DNA from: Eledone cirrhosa
Taxonomy: Eukaryota
DNA: 64,000 nucleotides
Assembly: GCA_964016885.1 (NCBI GenBank)
Contig: OZ024741.1
Location: 325,190,001-325,254,000, forward strand
Reading direction: 5' to 3'
Shown here: one piece after another, positions 12,777-25,395 of the stretch
Position numbering within the stretch: position 1 is the stretch's first letter
How the letters are laid out: every line of letters begins with the position of its first letter
Position numbers and translations under genes: made by a program
Notes under the pieces: generated by a model
Told to the model about the DNA's origin: nothing
Seen by the model: only the letters and a program-made list of their open reading frames with translations
Database searches by the model: none

Positions 12777-14101
12777 GAGTTCAAAAGGTGTGTAGGGGAG
12801 TGGTGGAGAGACATATAGCGAAAGGAAACGGTGCGAATGAAAAATTAACAAATAAAGACAAAAATATAATAAATAATAAATAAAAATAAAGCATGATCAA
12901 AATACAAGGAATGAGAACATTTAAAAATAAAGGCATGATCAAAATAAACTGAAATTAAAAGGGGGGTAAACAGGTGGTGGAAGGGTGTGGGGTGAGTAGA
13001 GGTGGAGGCGGGTGGAGTGGGGAGAGGGAGACGGGGTGTCCGAGCGGGGAGGGCTGAAGGTGGTGTGTGTTGTTAGGTGTGCGTGTGTGTGTGTGTATGT
13101 GAAAGTGAGGGTTGGAGGAAGAACGGGGTTGCATGTTCAGGAAGGTGTGTGTGGGGGGTGTTTTTGTGTGTCGGAGGGTCTGTGCGTGTGTGGATAGGGG
13201 GGTGGGGGGGGAGAGGAATCAGGGGGCTGAGGGTGTAAATATGTGGTGGGAAGCACGTGTGTGTGGTTTAAGCGTGTTGTGGGTGTGGGTGACGTGTGGA
13301 TAAAAAAAATTGTTTTGGGATGTGTGTGTGGGTGAGTTATATAGGTGATGGTGTAAGACGATGGTTGAAAGTGGTAAGTTACACGGATGTATGGAGATTT
13401 TGGTTGGAAGTCAAAACGCGTGTGGGTAATCCAAGAAGCGGTGGTCGGAAGAGGAGAGATGTGGGGTGCGCGCGCAACAGGAAGTGGTCAGCAGTGGAAG
13501 TGCTGTGGTCAGTTGGTGCTGAGACAGTGGTCGGAAGGGCATAGCAGCAGTCAGCGGAATGGTAGGGAGGCGAGGATGGGTAGGTGTGAGAGTTGGAGTG
13601 AGGAGGGTGTGTGTGTGTGTATTAGTAGGGGTGTTAGTGGGATGAGTGAGTGTGGAGTGGGGAGAGAAGGGGGTGTGTGGTTCTATGGAGGGAGTGTGGT
13701 GTACTGGTGTGTGTGTAGTTTGGTGAGGAGGTGTTAGTGGGTGTTAGTAGACGGGGGTGGGGAGGGGTGGAATGCAGGTGTGAGTGGGGGTTAGTGGGGG
13801 TAGGGTGTGTAGAGTTGGTGGTGTACGAGGGTGTGTGGGTACGTGTGCGTGGGGTTGGAGGGTGTTAGTGATGTTAGTTGCGTGTGGGGTGGGTGTGTAA
13901 GTGTGTGCGTGTGATAAGGAGGGGGGAGGAGGAGAAGAGGGGAGGGAAGGGATGTTAGTATGTTAGTTGGGGAAGGGTGGTCAGATGAGGGGTGGAGTGG
14001 AGTGGAGGTGTTAGTATTGTTAGTGTGGGGTGGGCGGTGAAAAGGAGGGGTGTGTTAGTGGTGTTAGTGGGGGATAAGTGGGGGAGGGGGGCGGTCGAAC
14101 G

Positions 14102-16905
14102 CTAAAGGAATAAGGGTGGGGAGTTCAGGCCGGGGGGAGTGTGGGTCTGTAAGAGGAAGATAGTACGTTGTTCGACCGTGAGGCGATGGGCGGGTGTTCC
14201 GTGGCACTTGAGTAGGCCACAGACTGTGAGATGGCGTGCGGAGTGTCCAGGGCCACCAAAGTGGCGGGCGATGGGGGAACTGCCCCCGAGACGAATGTCC
14301 CGGAGGTGCTCCGTGACTCGGTCCGCCAGGCGGCGTCCCGTCTGTCCGACATAAGTCGCGCTGCACCTCGTGCAACGAAGTCCGTAGACTAGGTTGGAGG
14401 AGGTGCAGCGGAAGGCATGCCGGACCGAGAGAGGGTGGCCGTTGGGACCCTGGAAGGTGGTGGTGTTGGTGATGTGGGGACAGGTGTTGCAGCGGGGCCT
14501 AGAACAGGGGAAGGAACCGGGGGGGGGGGGGAACGGAGCGTGGGTTGGGGGGTAGGGAGCTGTGGACGAGGAGGGTGCGGAGATTGCGTGCGCGTTTGAA
14601 GGAGGGGAGTGGTGGGGTTGGGAAGATGTGGGAGGTGGAGGGGTCGGACTGGAGGTGTCGGAAGAGGCGGCGGATGGTGCGGTGGAGGGGTAAGGTGGAG
14701 GGGTGGTAGGTGATGGGGAAGGGGAGACGGTGGGTGGGTGTGCGGTGGCGTGGGGTGAGGGTGGTGGAGCGGGGGATAGCACGGGCGCGGGTGAGAGCGG
14801 TGTGGACGAGAGAGGGGGGGTAACCTCTGCGGATGAAATGGCTGACTAGGGAAAGGGCCTGGGACTCGAAGTCAGCATCTCGGCTACAGAGGCGGCGGAT
14901 CCTGAGAAGTTGGGAGTAGGGAATGGAGAGTTTAGTGTGGGTGGGGTGGGAAGAGGTGAAGTCGAGGTAAGAGTGGGAGTCGGTGGGTTTGAAGAAGGCG
15001 GAGGTGACGAGGGAGTGGTGGGAGGGGTCGAAGGCGACGGAGATGTCCAAGAAGTGGACGTGGGTGGTGGAGATAGAGGTGGTGAAGTGGAGGGAGGGGT
15101 GGAAGGAGCAGAAGAAGGAGAGAAAGGAGTCGAGCTGTACTCGGGTGAGGGTCGTGGCTCCGATACAGTCGTCAATGTAACGACCGTACAGTTCGGGCGT
15201 GGGGCCGGTGTACTGGGCAAAGATTTGGGCCTCAACATGGCCAACAAAAAGGTTGGCATAGTTCGGGCCCATTCTTGTGCCCATGGCTACCCCCGTGACC
15301 TGTTGGTAAAACTCACCCGAGAAGGAGAAACAATTTAGGGTGAGGACCAGCTCGGCGAGGCGAAGGAGGGTGGGGGTGGAGGGAAAGGGGGAGGGGCGAA
15401 GGTCGAGGTAGTGTTTGAGGGCGCGAAGGCCGTCGGCGTGGGGGATGACGGTATAGAGGGACTTGATGTCTAGGGTGAAGAGGAATGGCTGAGGGCCGGG
15501 TAGGTAGGTGAAGGAGTCGAAAAGGCGCAGGGCGTGGTTGGTGTCAGAGATGTGGGAGGGGAGGGTGGTGACAAGGGGGCGAGGAGGTAGTCGAGAAAGG
15601 CGGAGATGAGTTCGGTGGGGCAGTTGCAAGCGGAGACGATGGGGCGGCCGGGGTTGTCGGGTTTGTGGAGTTTGGGGAGGAAGTAGATGGTGGGGGTGCG
15701 GGGTGTGCGGACGATGAGGTGGGAAGCGGTGGGGGGGGGGAGGGAGGAGGCGATAAGGTCTTTGATGGTGGAGGAGACTTGTTGTTGGTAGAGGGCGGTG
15801 GGATCGGAGGGTAGAGGGCGGTAAAAGAGGGGGTTACAGAGCTGCCTGAGGGCTTCGGCCCTGTAGAGGTCCGCGCGCCATACCACCACGGCGCCTCCCT
15901 TGTCAGCCGGTTTGATGACGATGTCATCTCGGCTACGGAGGGAGCGGAGAGCGAGGAGTTCGCCCCGTGAGATGTTGTGCCGTTTGGAACGGTGGCGGAA
16001 GTCGAAACGATTTACTGCGCTACGGCTGGCATCGACGAAGGCGTCCAGGGTGCTAAATTGCCCTGGGGCCGGCGTCCAAGAAGATGGTCGTCGGCCCAGG
16101 GCGAGAAACGGGTCTGGGGCGTCCGGAGCCGGTGGCGTTCGGCTGAAATGTGCCTGTAGCTTAGTGCGTCGCACGAATCGCTCGACTTCCGTTCGGGTGC
16201 GGAACTCGTCGCTGAGCGGAGTGTGGGGTATGAAGCGAAGGCCTCTACTAAGGAGTGAGCGCTCAGGTGCGGAGAGGGGGAGGTCAGGGGGTATGGTGAC
16301 AACAAGGGGTGGGGTTTGGGTGTTAGGGGAGGGAAGGGAGGGTGTGGTGAGGGGTGGAGATTGGGTGGGGGTGGGGGTCGGGGGAGAGGTGGGGAGTGGT
16401 GGGCGTATGGGGATGGGCGGGTGGTGGTGGATGGGGGGGGGGGGAGGAGTGAGTGTAGCTTGCGAGCTTTGGTGGAGCTGAGGAACGAGAAGAGGTTGTG
16501 GTTGAGGTTGTGGATGAAGGAGAGGATGGCTTGGGCGAGGAGGGGGTGGCAGGTGGAGTAAAGGCGGAGGAGGGTGGGGGTCAGTTGGTGGTCAAGTAGG
16601 CGGAGGGTGGAACGGGAGGCGCGGATGGAGTTGCGCATCAGAAGGCGTGAGGATCGGGTGAGGATACGTTGCGCGGAGGGGAAGGCAGCGGGGGAGGGGT
16701 GGAAGTGTAGACGGAAGCCAAGGGGGATAAGGTGGAGGCGGAGGCAGTGGCTGAGGAAATGGATGTGGCTGGAGTGCCGGGTTTTGGCGAAGAGAAGGTA
16801 GGAGAGTTGAAGGGCGGAGGGGAGATAGCAGGGTGGAAGGAGGCGGGTGAGGAAAAGTTTGAGGCGATTGTGGAGTTGGTGGAGAAAGGATCTCAGGTTG
16901 GCCAT
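14102..16905 (-). CDS. PLE polyprotein (~930 aa): reverse transcriptase + GIY-YIG endonuclease; three apparent frameshifts at C/G homopolymers
   Basis: RT motifs IKPADKGGAVVVW, YFLPKLHK..PGRPIVS, LDIKSLYT, GVAMGTRMGPNYANLF, RYIDD, FLDI. Cys motif CSRPRCNTC and GIY-YIG NLVYGLRCTRCSATYVGQT..EH..GLN. No in-frame stops seen along the joined path. Confidence 0.88.
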
Positions 16906-17072
16906 GATGGGCGTTGGGTGAAAGCAGGGGGAGGGATGAGAGGACGGGGGTGTGAAGCGGGGTGGAGTGAACGAAGGGGTGAGTGCGAAGGATAGGCAGA
17001 GACGGGGAAGGGAAAAAGAACCAGAAAAACGTAGGGAGGGGGGGGGGGAGTAAACACCGGAAAATTAAAGAC

Positions 17073-17220
17073 AAAAAATCATAAAGGTAATAACACAGGC
17101 GATCGTGAACAAAAAATCATAGAAATATCATAAAGGTAATGACACAGGCGATCGTGAACAAAAAATCATAGAAATATCATAAAGGTAATGACACAGGCGA
17201 TCGTGAACAAAAAATCATGG
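17073..17220. repeat. 49-bp tandem repeat, ~3 copies, in the PLE 5' leader
   Basis: aaaaaatcatagaaatatcataaaggtaatgacacaggcgatcgtgaac at 17111 and 17160, with a partial copy at 17073. Confidence 0.9.
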
Positions 17221-17474
17221 AATACAATTGTAGGAACACAGGCAAAGAATCATATACGGAAAAAAAGGGGGGTAACAAAATCAAACAGAGGTAATGTGTG
17301 GAAGGAAAGACAAAGTGTGGGAAGGTGTGTAAAGTTCAGAGCACCAATACTAATACCATATATATTTTATTCTCCTGTTAGTAGTATCATTATTACTAGC
17401 TACATTACTGTTAGTGGTATGATTATTACTAGCTACATTACTATAGTTACTATAAGCTCTGATATATATATTCA

Positions 17475-17955
17475 AGCGCGTTCGTAATCTTCGGAACCTC
17501 CTCGTCTGCAGCATCCTTCCTCCCCCAACTCATGTCCTGGATCACACCCCTGGTCCCAACTCCGCTACCATACATGCAGATTTATCTCCGGCACCACCAC
17601 CATTTTCCGTTCCACTGGCTGGTCCTTCCGGATTAGGGACTATTTCAGCTGCAACCTCTACCAGCCTTGTTTATGGGCTCCGTTGCATTCTTTGCGGAGC
17701 CATCTACCTTGGTCAAACTAGCCGTCGCCTGGCCGACAGATTTGTTGAACACCTTCGGAACATCCGAGTCGGCAATCCGACTCCGATCTCCCGACATTCT
17801 CGATTCGCCGACCACTCGTCACCTTAGTGTCTTCGGGCTCGTACATTGTGCCGGACACGCTGACTCGCGCTGGCGAAGAGAACAGCAACTTATTTTTTCT
17901 TTATAAACTTTTAATCCCCATGGCCTTAATGCTCCACTCTTCTTCCTTTAATCTG
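17475..17955 (+). pseudogene. Decayed GIY-YIG C-terminal fragment of a related PLE
   Basis: YLGQTSRRLADRFVEHLRNIRVG and LSVFGLVHCAGHADSRWRREQQLIFSL*TFNPHGLN are homologous to 14102-14400. Confidence 0.85.
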
Positions 17956-18136
17956 ATCTGCCATATACACTCTATCACATACTAAAGATATCTTACGTCA
18001 CAAACTCATTACAACATACACACACTCTTACATACAAATCAGTTAGATACTTTACATGTACACAATATACACTTCAACATACATACGCACGTTAAAATTT
18101 AATCATATACTCACACATACAAATCCACATATAGGC

Positions 18137-18252
<116 letters not shown>

Positions 18253-18934
18253 TATATATATACACACATATATATGTATACACATACACACTTACGCACA
18301 TCTCTCTGTCTCTCTCTCTATATATATACACATATATATATAAACACATTATATATATATATATGTAAACAGGTAAAAATTTATTAATTATTTTTATACA
18401 GAAAATTTTTTTTCAATTTTTATACTTCTCATTCATTTAGAAATATTTTAATTAAAAACATTTTTTTTTCATTTTTGTTTTGGGAAAAATAAAATTGGCA
18501 ACATCGATTTTTTATGTATTTTTTGATCTAACAAAATTTGATTTATTTTCTTTTTGCCCAAAATAGCAAATGTTTAATTTTTCCATTGTTTGTATTTCAT
18601 TTTAATTTACTAATTGTTGAAAAATTATAATTAGGTCTGTAAGTGTTTTCTGATTCAGCCGAAATTGTAGATTATTTTCCCCACCACATGACTCCCAAAA
18701 TCCTTAAAAAATATATTCTTTTATTATTTTCCGAACATTTCATTAGAAAATAGATAAAAAATATATATAGTAGAGAAAAATGACAATACCTTTATTTACT
18801 TTTCGTATAACAGACATACCATGTAGTTTTGGGTTCAATCGCAAAGGGATGACACGTTGGGAGATATGATTTTCTACCTTTCTGGGGTTCACCAAAGCCT
18901 TGTATGTGGAATTTGGTAGACGGAAACTGTTGTG

Positions 18935-18976
<42 letters not shown>

Positions 18977-19241
18977 GTTATAGTGTAGCACTTCACTATT
19001 TTCATTGATAAGATGAGATAAGCTTGATGCACTTTACCGTCTTCTGTTCTTCAGGAGAAAATGGACGCGATATTCTAGCCTCGTTGAAACGTTCGTAGAG
19101 ATGTATGAATAAATAAGAATTTCCTATCCTTGGCTCTCTTAAAATTTTGAATATATATATATATGTATATATATATATATGTTGGGTCTTCAAGTATGAA
19201 ATTTGTAGAAAAAAAAATTTCGACAAATTTATATATATCTA

Positions 19242-21741
19242 TCTATATATATAAAGGGAAGATGGACATTGTTTAGTGTACCGAACTTGCATGCTACACC
19301 GTTCATCCAATTTTCATGAAACCTCACACATATATAAAACTCAACGCGTAGAGTGGAATAGGCTACTTGAAATTTTCGAAAAATCGATAATCGGGCCCTA
19401 TGACAGAATGATTTTCGATTCCAATGAAATTTAATGTGAATTCGAACACAAGAACTCTTAGTTTACATCTGGCGCAATAAAAATAAATTTCATATGCCCA
19501 TATAAGGACGTGCGTTATTGATTGGACGGCTAGCTGCATGTCTTCCCAGCTGTCTCAGTAAACTACCGACCATTAAAGAGTTTATCTTTTCATATTCCAC
19601 CTTATTCAAGTGGAAATACAGTATTATCCCTATCTGAAAAGGGAACCAAATTTAATGGTGTCTTTTGTGAACCTAAAAGCTGTGAGTAAATTTTCAAACA
19701 GTCTTAAATAATCATGCTTTTTGAAAAAAAAATTACTAAATAATACGTTGACCAAGTTGTGTTGTACACATACAATACAAGTTAAAAAATTTACGTCGTA
19801 CCAATGTTTTCCTTTTTTAAACAAAAGATTCTAAAAAATTACTTAATTTATAATACAGTCTTTTGCACAGGAAGTGAGTAACTTTTCGGGTGTTTAAACG
19901 TAAGTTCACCAGGGTTTGTGTCTTCATTATTAGCATTTTTTGTTCTGCTTACGACTAAATGTTATGAGCGTATTTGCAATTAATTGCGCACACGTGCACA
20001 CCTGCATGCAGATAGACACTGACAGCCAATAAAAAATCGATAACTAGCTTATTAAGATATCGGTCAAAAAGAGAGATTGAATGTACTTTAGAACATTTTT
20101 TGAAGATATTGTTCTTTTTGGCATGATATGTCAGAAATATAGCTACTATACACTTTGGTTATTTTTTGTAACTAAAAAACGGTTCCTTTTGGGTGGATAC
20201 TTAACGAGAAAAATCCTAGGGTTTTGGACAAGTTTGTTTCAGGCGCTGTATAGACGCCTATGTTGTCACACCTTGGTCATGAATTCGTATTCTTTTCCAA
20301 TAGATATTTTCCGCTCTATAAGGCTCACCAGGATATAAGGCGTATCATTTAAAATCAGGTCCGCGCAACGGCGTGTAAGGCCAACCAGAAAATGCTATCT
20401 TCTTTACTTTTAGTCTAGATCTATTACTTCTGTTAGAGCCGTGATTGATTACCATTGTATTATTTATACATAAAGCTCACCGGAGTATAAAGCGCAGAGC
20501 TGTTTTTTGATTAAATTTAATTATTTTAAGTGCAATTTATAGACGGGAAAATTCGGTAAGTTATTGTAATCATATTTCCAAACCTTCCCATTCACCAGTA
20601 ACCATGCTAACGAATCTGGTGTCATCTCTCTCTGTATTTAATCACCTCTCTTTAACCTAACAGCTTCGTTACACGTCGTTATGCCCACACGGAAACGTTC
20701 AAGACTTACCTCCAAAAAAAGGTACAGCTATTGCTTTGAGACAACGAATTAGGCGTTCTCAGGTATGAGTTCATTCACAATTGATTAATCCTTTATGCAA
20801 TATTCTCCCTTAATGTTAGCAAGTACTGCGTTTATCCTAACTGTCACCACTTTTAAGCAACTACAACCTTCTAATCGTAGTTATATTAAATTTATTGTCT
20901 TACCTTGATTCCCTTTTGTTCATGTTAGACTTTTCTCATTTACTATTGACACTGCCATTGGCTTAGCTAACCAGTAGAATTAATTAATTTTCTCTAGGAA
21001 ACACCTGCTGAGCGCGAATCTCGACTCGCTGACAGACGTCTTTCCCGGCTCGTTGAGTCACCAACATCACGTACGACAAGGCTTGCTGATGTTCGCCTTC
21101 GTCGCCAACAAGCGCTGACGGAGGAATCACCAACATCCCGTCAGACGAGCCTTGAGGCTGTGGCAAAGGGCAATAACCCTAGATACAATTTTGATCAACT
21201 TTTTTTCACCTATAGCAAATTTACCGGGACAGGTTTTTAGTTACTCAAATCTACTTCAGAGATCACGCATTGATGTAAAAAATCAATAAAACTGAAGCGG
21301 GGGCTCGACTTTGCGCAAAAAAACAAGGCAAAGTTGCACATGGGAAAACTTTTTACAGGAACGTCCTATATTCTTGAAAACTGTCACAAAAGACTCGCCA
21401 TTATGCCGCGGTTAAGATAAAGGCCCTTTTAATTCTTCTTCTGCACACGTGAGCGCAAAAATTGTACCCCCCCCCTGAAAGTAATCGACATTTTCACCCT
21501 GCTTTAAATTAACTGAACAATCAATATCAAGCGATTTTGACTTCCGTCAGTCGTGCAGAGAACAATTTCAACGATACACTGTGTAACTACAATTAATAAA
21601 TTACACACCTGTGTCTACTAACCTATTTTTTTCCATTGAAGTTCGAAGTTTTGAACCTGTGATGCGCGGGAAGTAACTTTCACACATTCTAACAGACCAA
21701 AGGTCGACTTACACCCGGGCAACGCCGGGTACTTCTGCTAG
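19242..21741 (+). mobile_element. Non-autonomous Helitron
   Basis: 5' a|TCTATATATATAAA and 3' hairpin cccgg gcaacg ccggg followed by CTAG|t (21714-21741). Internal RepHel N-terminal-like remnant. Confidence 0.8.
20681..21170 (+). pseudogene. Spliced N-terminal remnant of a Helitron RepHel-like protein with STPR-type repeats
   Basis: MPTRKRSRL..RQRIRRSQ, then donor cag|gtatga (20763) and acceptor ttttctctag| (20997), then TPAERESRLADRR..ESPTSRTTRL..EESPTSRQTSL. Confidence 0.6.
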
Positions 21742-21960
21742 TATATATATATATAAAGTGGATCAAAATAAAAATAATTTCAATCATATTATACCATATA
21801 TCAGCTCTAATATGTTTTATACAAGCTAGAATCTGTATTTTACAGAGCATTATTTATATAAAATTTTATTTAGGGATAATACTATATAGTATAATACTAT
21901 TAAGAACATAGGAAATAAAAAAATATATTTAAGAAAAAAAAATGATTTTACCTGCATTTT

Positions 21961-22053
21961 GTTCAGACCGCGGTTTCATCATGATTACGAAATTAGACAA
22001 ATTAACATAGTTAATTAGTTAATTAAGACTTTCCTGACTCATCAGGGAAGAAC
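21961..22053 (-). ncRNA. Type I hammerhead motif with long stem II
   Basis: ttcc-CTGATGA-gtcagga...tcatgat-GAAA-ccgcgg-TC-tgaa. Palindromic stem III and a GUC site. Confidence 0.6.
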
Positions 22054-22359
22054 TTTTAAGACACAGTAATTAATAGCTATTTCAATAAAATTCTAATGAA
22101 TTTTCTTATGTTGGAAAAAAGCGTCTAGACAGAATAACTATTTCAGCTAAAAAGAATACGTAAGGTTACGAAATCCACGTGATTTAACTACAAAGATTCA
22201 GTATACACGTAAATAGCTAACGGAGGTGGTTCCATAGCCAATGAAGGTTATCCGAGGTGTGGATATTGCTAGTTGAAAGATATAAAGAATAAAATAAGCT
22301 AGAAATAGATCACACCATCATCAAGAAAATTAACACACACACACACACACATATATAAA

Positions 22360-23120
22360 TAAAGAGAGAAAAGGTGAAATAGCACGGAAAATATATTTAA
22401 GGGTCTGTTTTTCTTTTTTTCCCTTTCTTTGATTCGTCAAAGTGACATTATTGAAATAACCGGTTTCGATGTATTAGTAAAATTCATCTTATCAAATGTT
22501 GAGTATTACAATTAAAAATAATTAATAAGGATTAAAAACTAAAAATTAAAGATTTAAAATTATGTGTTGAGGCAAGTTTTTTGAGAAGGAGACGGAGAAA
22601 TGAACTCTTGTGTATAGAGAGGTGTAGTCATGGTAGTAGCAGCAACAGTGGTGGTAGGTGTGTTTTTTGACATAGAACAAAATTGTTTTTAGGGACAAAG
22701 GAGTTATTCTGCAAATATGTGTGTGTATCTCAATTGTGTCAATGGACTGGTCAAGAGTTCATATGGGGGTGACGAAGAGGGGAATTGTAAGCTAGAGACA
22801 AATTCTATGGGATTGGCAACAGTAGGGTTGTAAAAGAAGTTCTATTTTTGGAATATGGTTTTAGAGAATGTGAGTGTGTACGTGTGAGAGTGTATATATT
22901 AAAAAATACACACATATGTGTGTGTGTACACGTGTTTGTGGGGGAGGGGGGTTGAGTGTGATGAGTGTGTGTGTGTGTGTGTGCTCTGTGTGCTTTAGCC
23001 TGTCTGTCACAGATCCCTTTGTGGTTGGAAATTAAAAAAAACAGAACAAAACATCAGTGGTGGCTTTCAATCATGAATTTTTAGAAAATATGTGTATGAG
23101 CAATTTTTTCTCTTATTTCG

Positions 23121-23188
<68 letters not shown>

Positions 23189-23430
23189 AGGGAGAGAGAG
23201 ACAATCTAATGGGGGTGATTACATATTTAATTTTGGTTTAAATTTGTTAATAAATAGTTTTTCTTTATTTATTCTTTGTTGTTGAGTGAAAGAATTGGAG
23301 CACTTGTAAAGGGGGGAAGATTTTAAAGTTGGGTAGAGTCATTCCTGCACAACCTGCAATGTGGCTACTTAAGGGTATTTTTCTTGTTTTTACGTCTCGG
23401 ATTTGTTAGCGATGGATGGTTATTCTTTTG
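22360..23430 (-). mobile_element. PLE 3' fragment: GIY-YIG C-terminus, 3' UTR and degenerate hammerhead (22455-22498)
   Basis: The minus strand of 23225-23425 reads TRKIPLSSHIAGCA..NFKIFP..KC..RINKENY..NKFKPKLN with frameshifts. Hammerhead remnant ttgataa-gatg..catc-gaaa-ccgg-tt. Confidence 0.6.
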
Positions 23431-23454
23431 CGATAATTCGAATTTAAAAGATAC

Positions 23455-24035
23455 ATATATATATATATATAAAGAGTGGAAGAATCATATATCGTTTGAG
23501 AAACACATAATATTTTGTACACATATAAAGCAAATAATATATTCGTACTTTAAGGTGGAAAAAGTGATTTCTCCATTGCAACGCTGTTTCGTAGTCCCCC
23601 CCCCCCTCAAATCCGAAGCGAACCATCGATCGAAGTAATCAACTATCGATTACCAACTATCTATTTTGGTAAAACAACGGAAAACACCATGTGAAGTAGA
23701 GATTTAACAAACTCTCCGCTCTCGGTAGAGAGTATCTTGTAAAGGTATTTTGTATCATGTGGGACATACATACAGGCAATTCCTCAGATGATTAGATCAT
23801 TGTCTTCCGTTGCTTTATCAAAATCGATAGTTAGTAATCGATAGTTGATTACTTAGATCGATTTTTCACTTCGTTTTTTTTTTTTTTCCTACTATAAAAC
23901 AGTGTCGCAAGGAAGAAATCACTTTTACCACCTTAAAGTACTATATTTTCCTGAATATTATTTGCTTTATATATGTATACAGAATACTAGGTGTTTCACA
24001 AACGATATATGATTCTCTCTTCCTCTATATATATC
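23455..24035. mobile_element. Fold-back/MITE-like element with ~230-bp diverged inverted arms
   Basis: 23455-23686 is the reverse complement of ~23800-24035 (e.g. gtaatcaactatcgattac / gtaatcgatagttgattac). TA-rich flanks. Confidence 0.75.
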
Positions 24036-24069
24036 TTTAAAATTCGAATTGTTGAAGCTCTGAACCAAA

Positions 24070-24132
<63 letters not shown>

Positions 24133-24295
24133 ATTATTTATGTCTAAGTATGTGAAAGAGAGAGAGAGAGAGGGAGAGAGAGAGAGAGAGAGAGAGATAG
24201 AGTGCATGTATGTATGTATCTGTATGTTTGTGTATATGTATGTATGCATGTATTTATCTATGTGTGTGTGTATGCATGTATATATATATATATAT

Positions 24296-24889
24296 GTGCT
24301 ACTGGTAACATGTATCCCAGTACAACCTGTCTCATGGTCGGGTCGCTGGCGACTAAACTGGCAACCCCACCAAGGTTTCTTGGTGAGGAGGGTGACTTTG
24401 GACATCCTGCAGGACTAAAAACAAAACCTGTCAAAGGGCAAAGGAGCTCTTAAGAGTCAATGGCCATCCAAAATCACCGGGAGAGATGACCCCGTAGCCT
24501 TTGTCAAGGCAGAATTCTAGGAGAAGGAAAACTCTGATATAACACCTGCAGCCCTGATGGTATCCAATGATGTTGACTTGTTCTTCTTTTTGGTAAATAT
24601 CATCTTGGTTAAGAGAGTGGGACTGGCTTTGTGCAGTGCCTTTGCTCACTATAAAAGCTTCACGGCACAGGCATTGCTTTATATCTGGAGATCTCTCTGC
24701 AGTTGTCGTCACATGGTACCATGGGCCCAGCACTATGTGTCAATAATTGTCACAAGTGTAGTGTTTGTACCAGAGTTTTCAAGTCGCTGGCTGGACTAAA
24801 AAGTCACACTCGTTCAGCGCATCGGTAGGGGTTCTCCTACATGGATATAAAGTAGTGGCCGTACTCGAAAACGAGTAGGCAGCCACCAT
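24296..24889 (+). mobile_element. ~610-bp RTE-derived non-autonomous retroelement, copy A (slightly 5'-truncated)
   Basis: Near-identical to copies at 28716, 29339 and 40155. Ends gcagccaccat plus (atgt)n. Confidence 0.8.
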
Positions 24890-24984
24890 ATGTATGTATG
24901 TATGTAAGTGAGTGTAAAACTAAAGCATAATCGTGTTTTAAAACATGATCAAAAGAAATGATATAGACAGAAAGAGAGAGAAAG

Positions 24985-25024
<40 letters not shown>

Positions 25025-25039
25025 TCTCTCTCTCTCATA

Positions 25040-25070
<31 letters not shown>

Positions 25071-25089
25071 ATAATATATATATAATATA

Positions 25090-25191
<102 letters not shown>

Positions 25192-25320
25192 GGGAGCGTA
25201 TACACACAAATGAATGAATAGATTGTTAAATTGAGTGGAAGACAGATAGATAGACCGGTTGACTGGTTGATTATTACTCTCTCTCTCTTTATATATATAT
25301 ACACACACAAGTATAAACAA

Positions 25321-25395
<75 letters not shown>

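Larger units (their letters stand above)
12657..17340 (-). mobile_element. Penelope-like retroelement, probably complete, inserted in (TA)n
   Basis: Single RT+GIY-YIG ORF, long C/A-rich 3' UTR, then a hammerhead motif and AATAAA near the 3' end abutting (TA)n. Confidence 0.9.

Noticed and set aside
13600-14080. Telomeric-repeat interpretation of the gttag-rich G-strand
   Set aside because: The motif is gttagt, not a tandem TTAGGG array.
17073-17220. CRISPR-like array (also 27838-28175 and 63175-63350)
   Set aside because: Contiguous tandem repeats without unique spacers, no cas genes, and a eukaryotic context.
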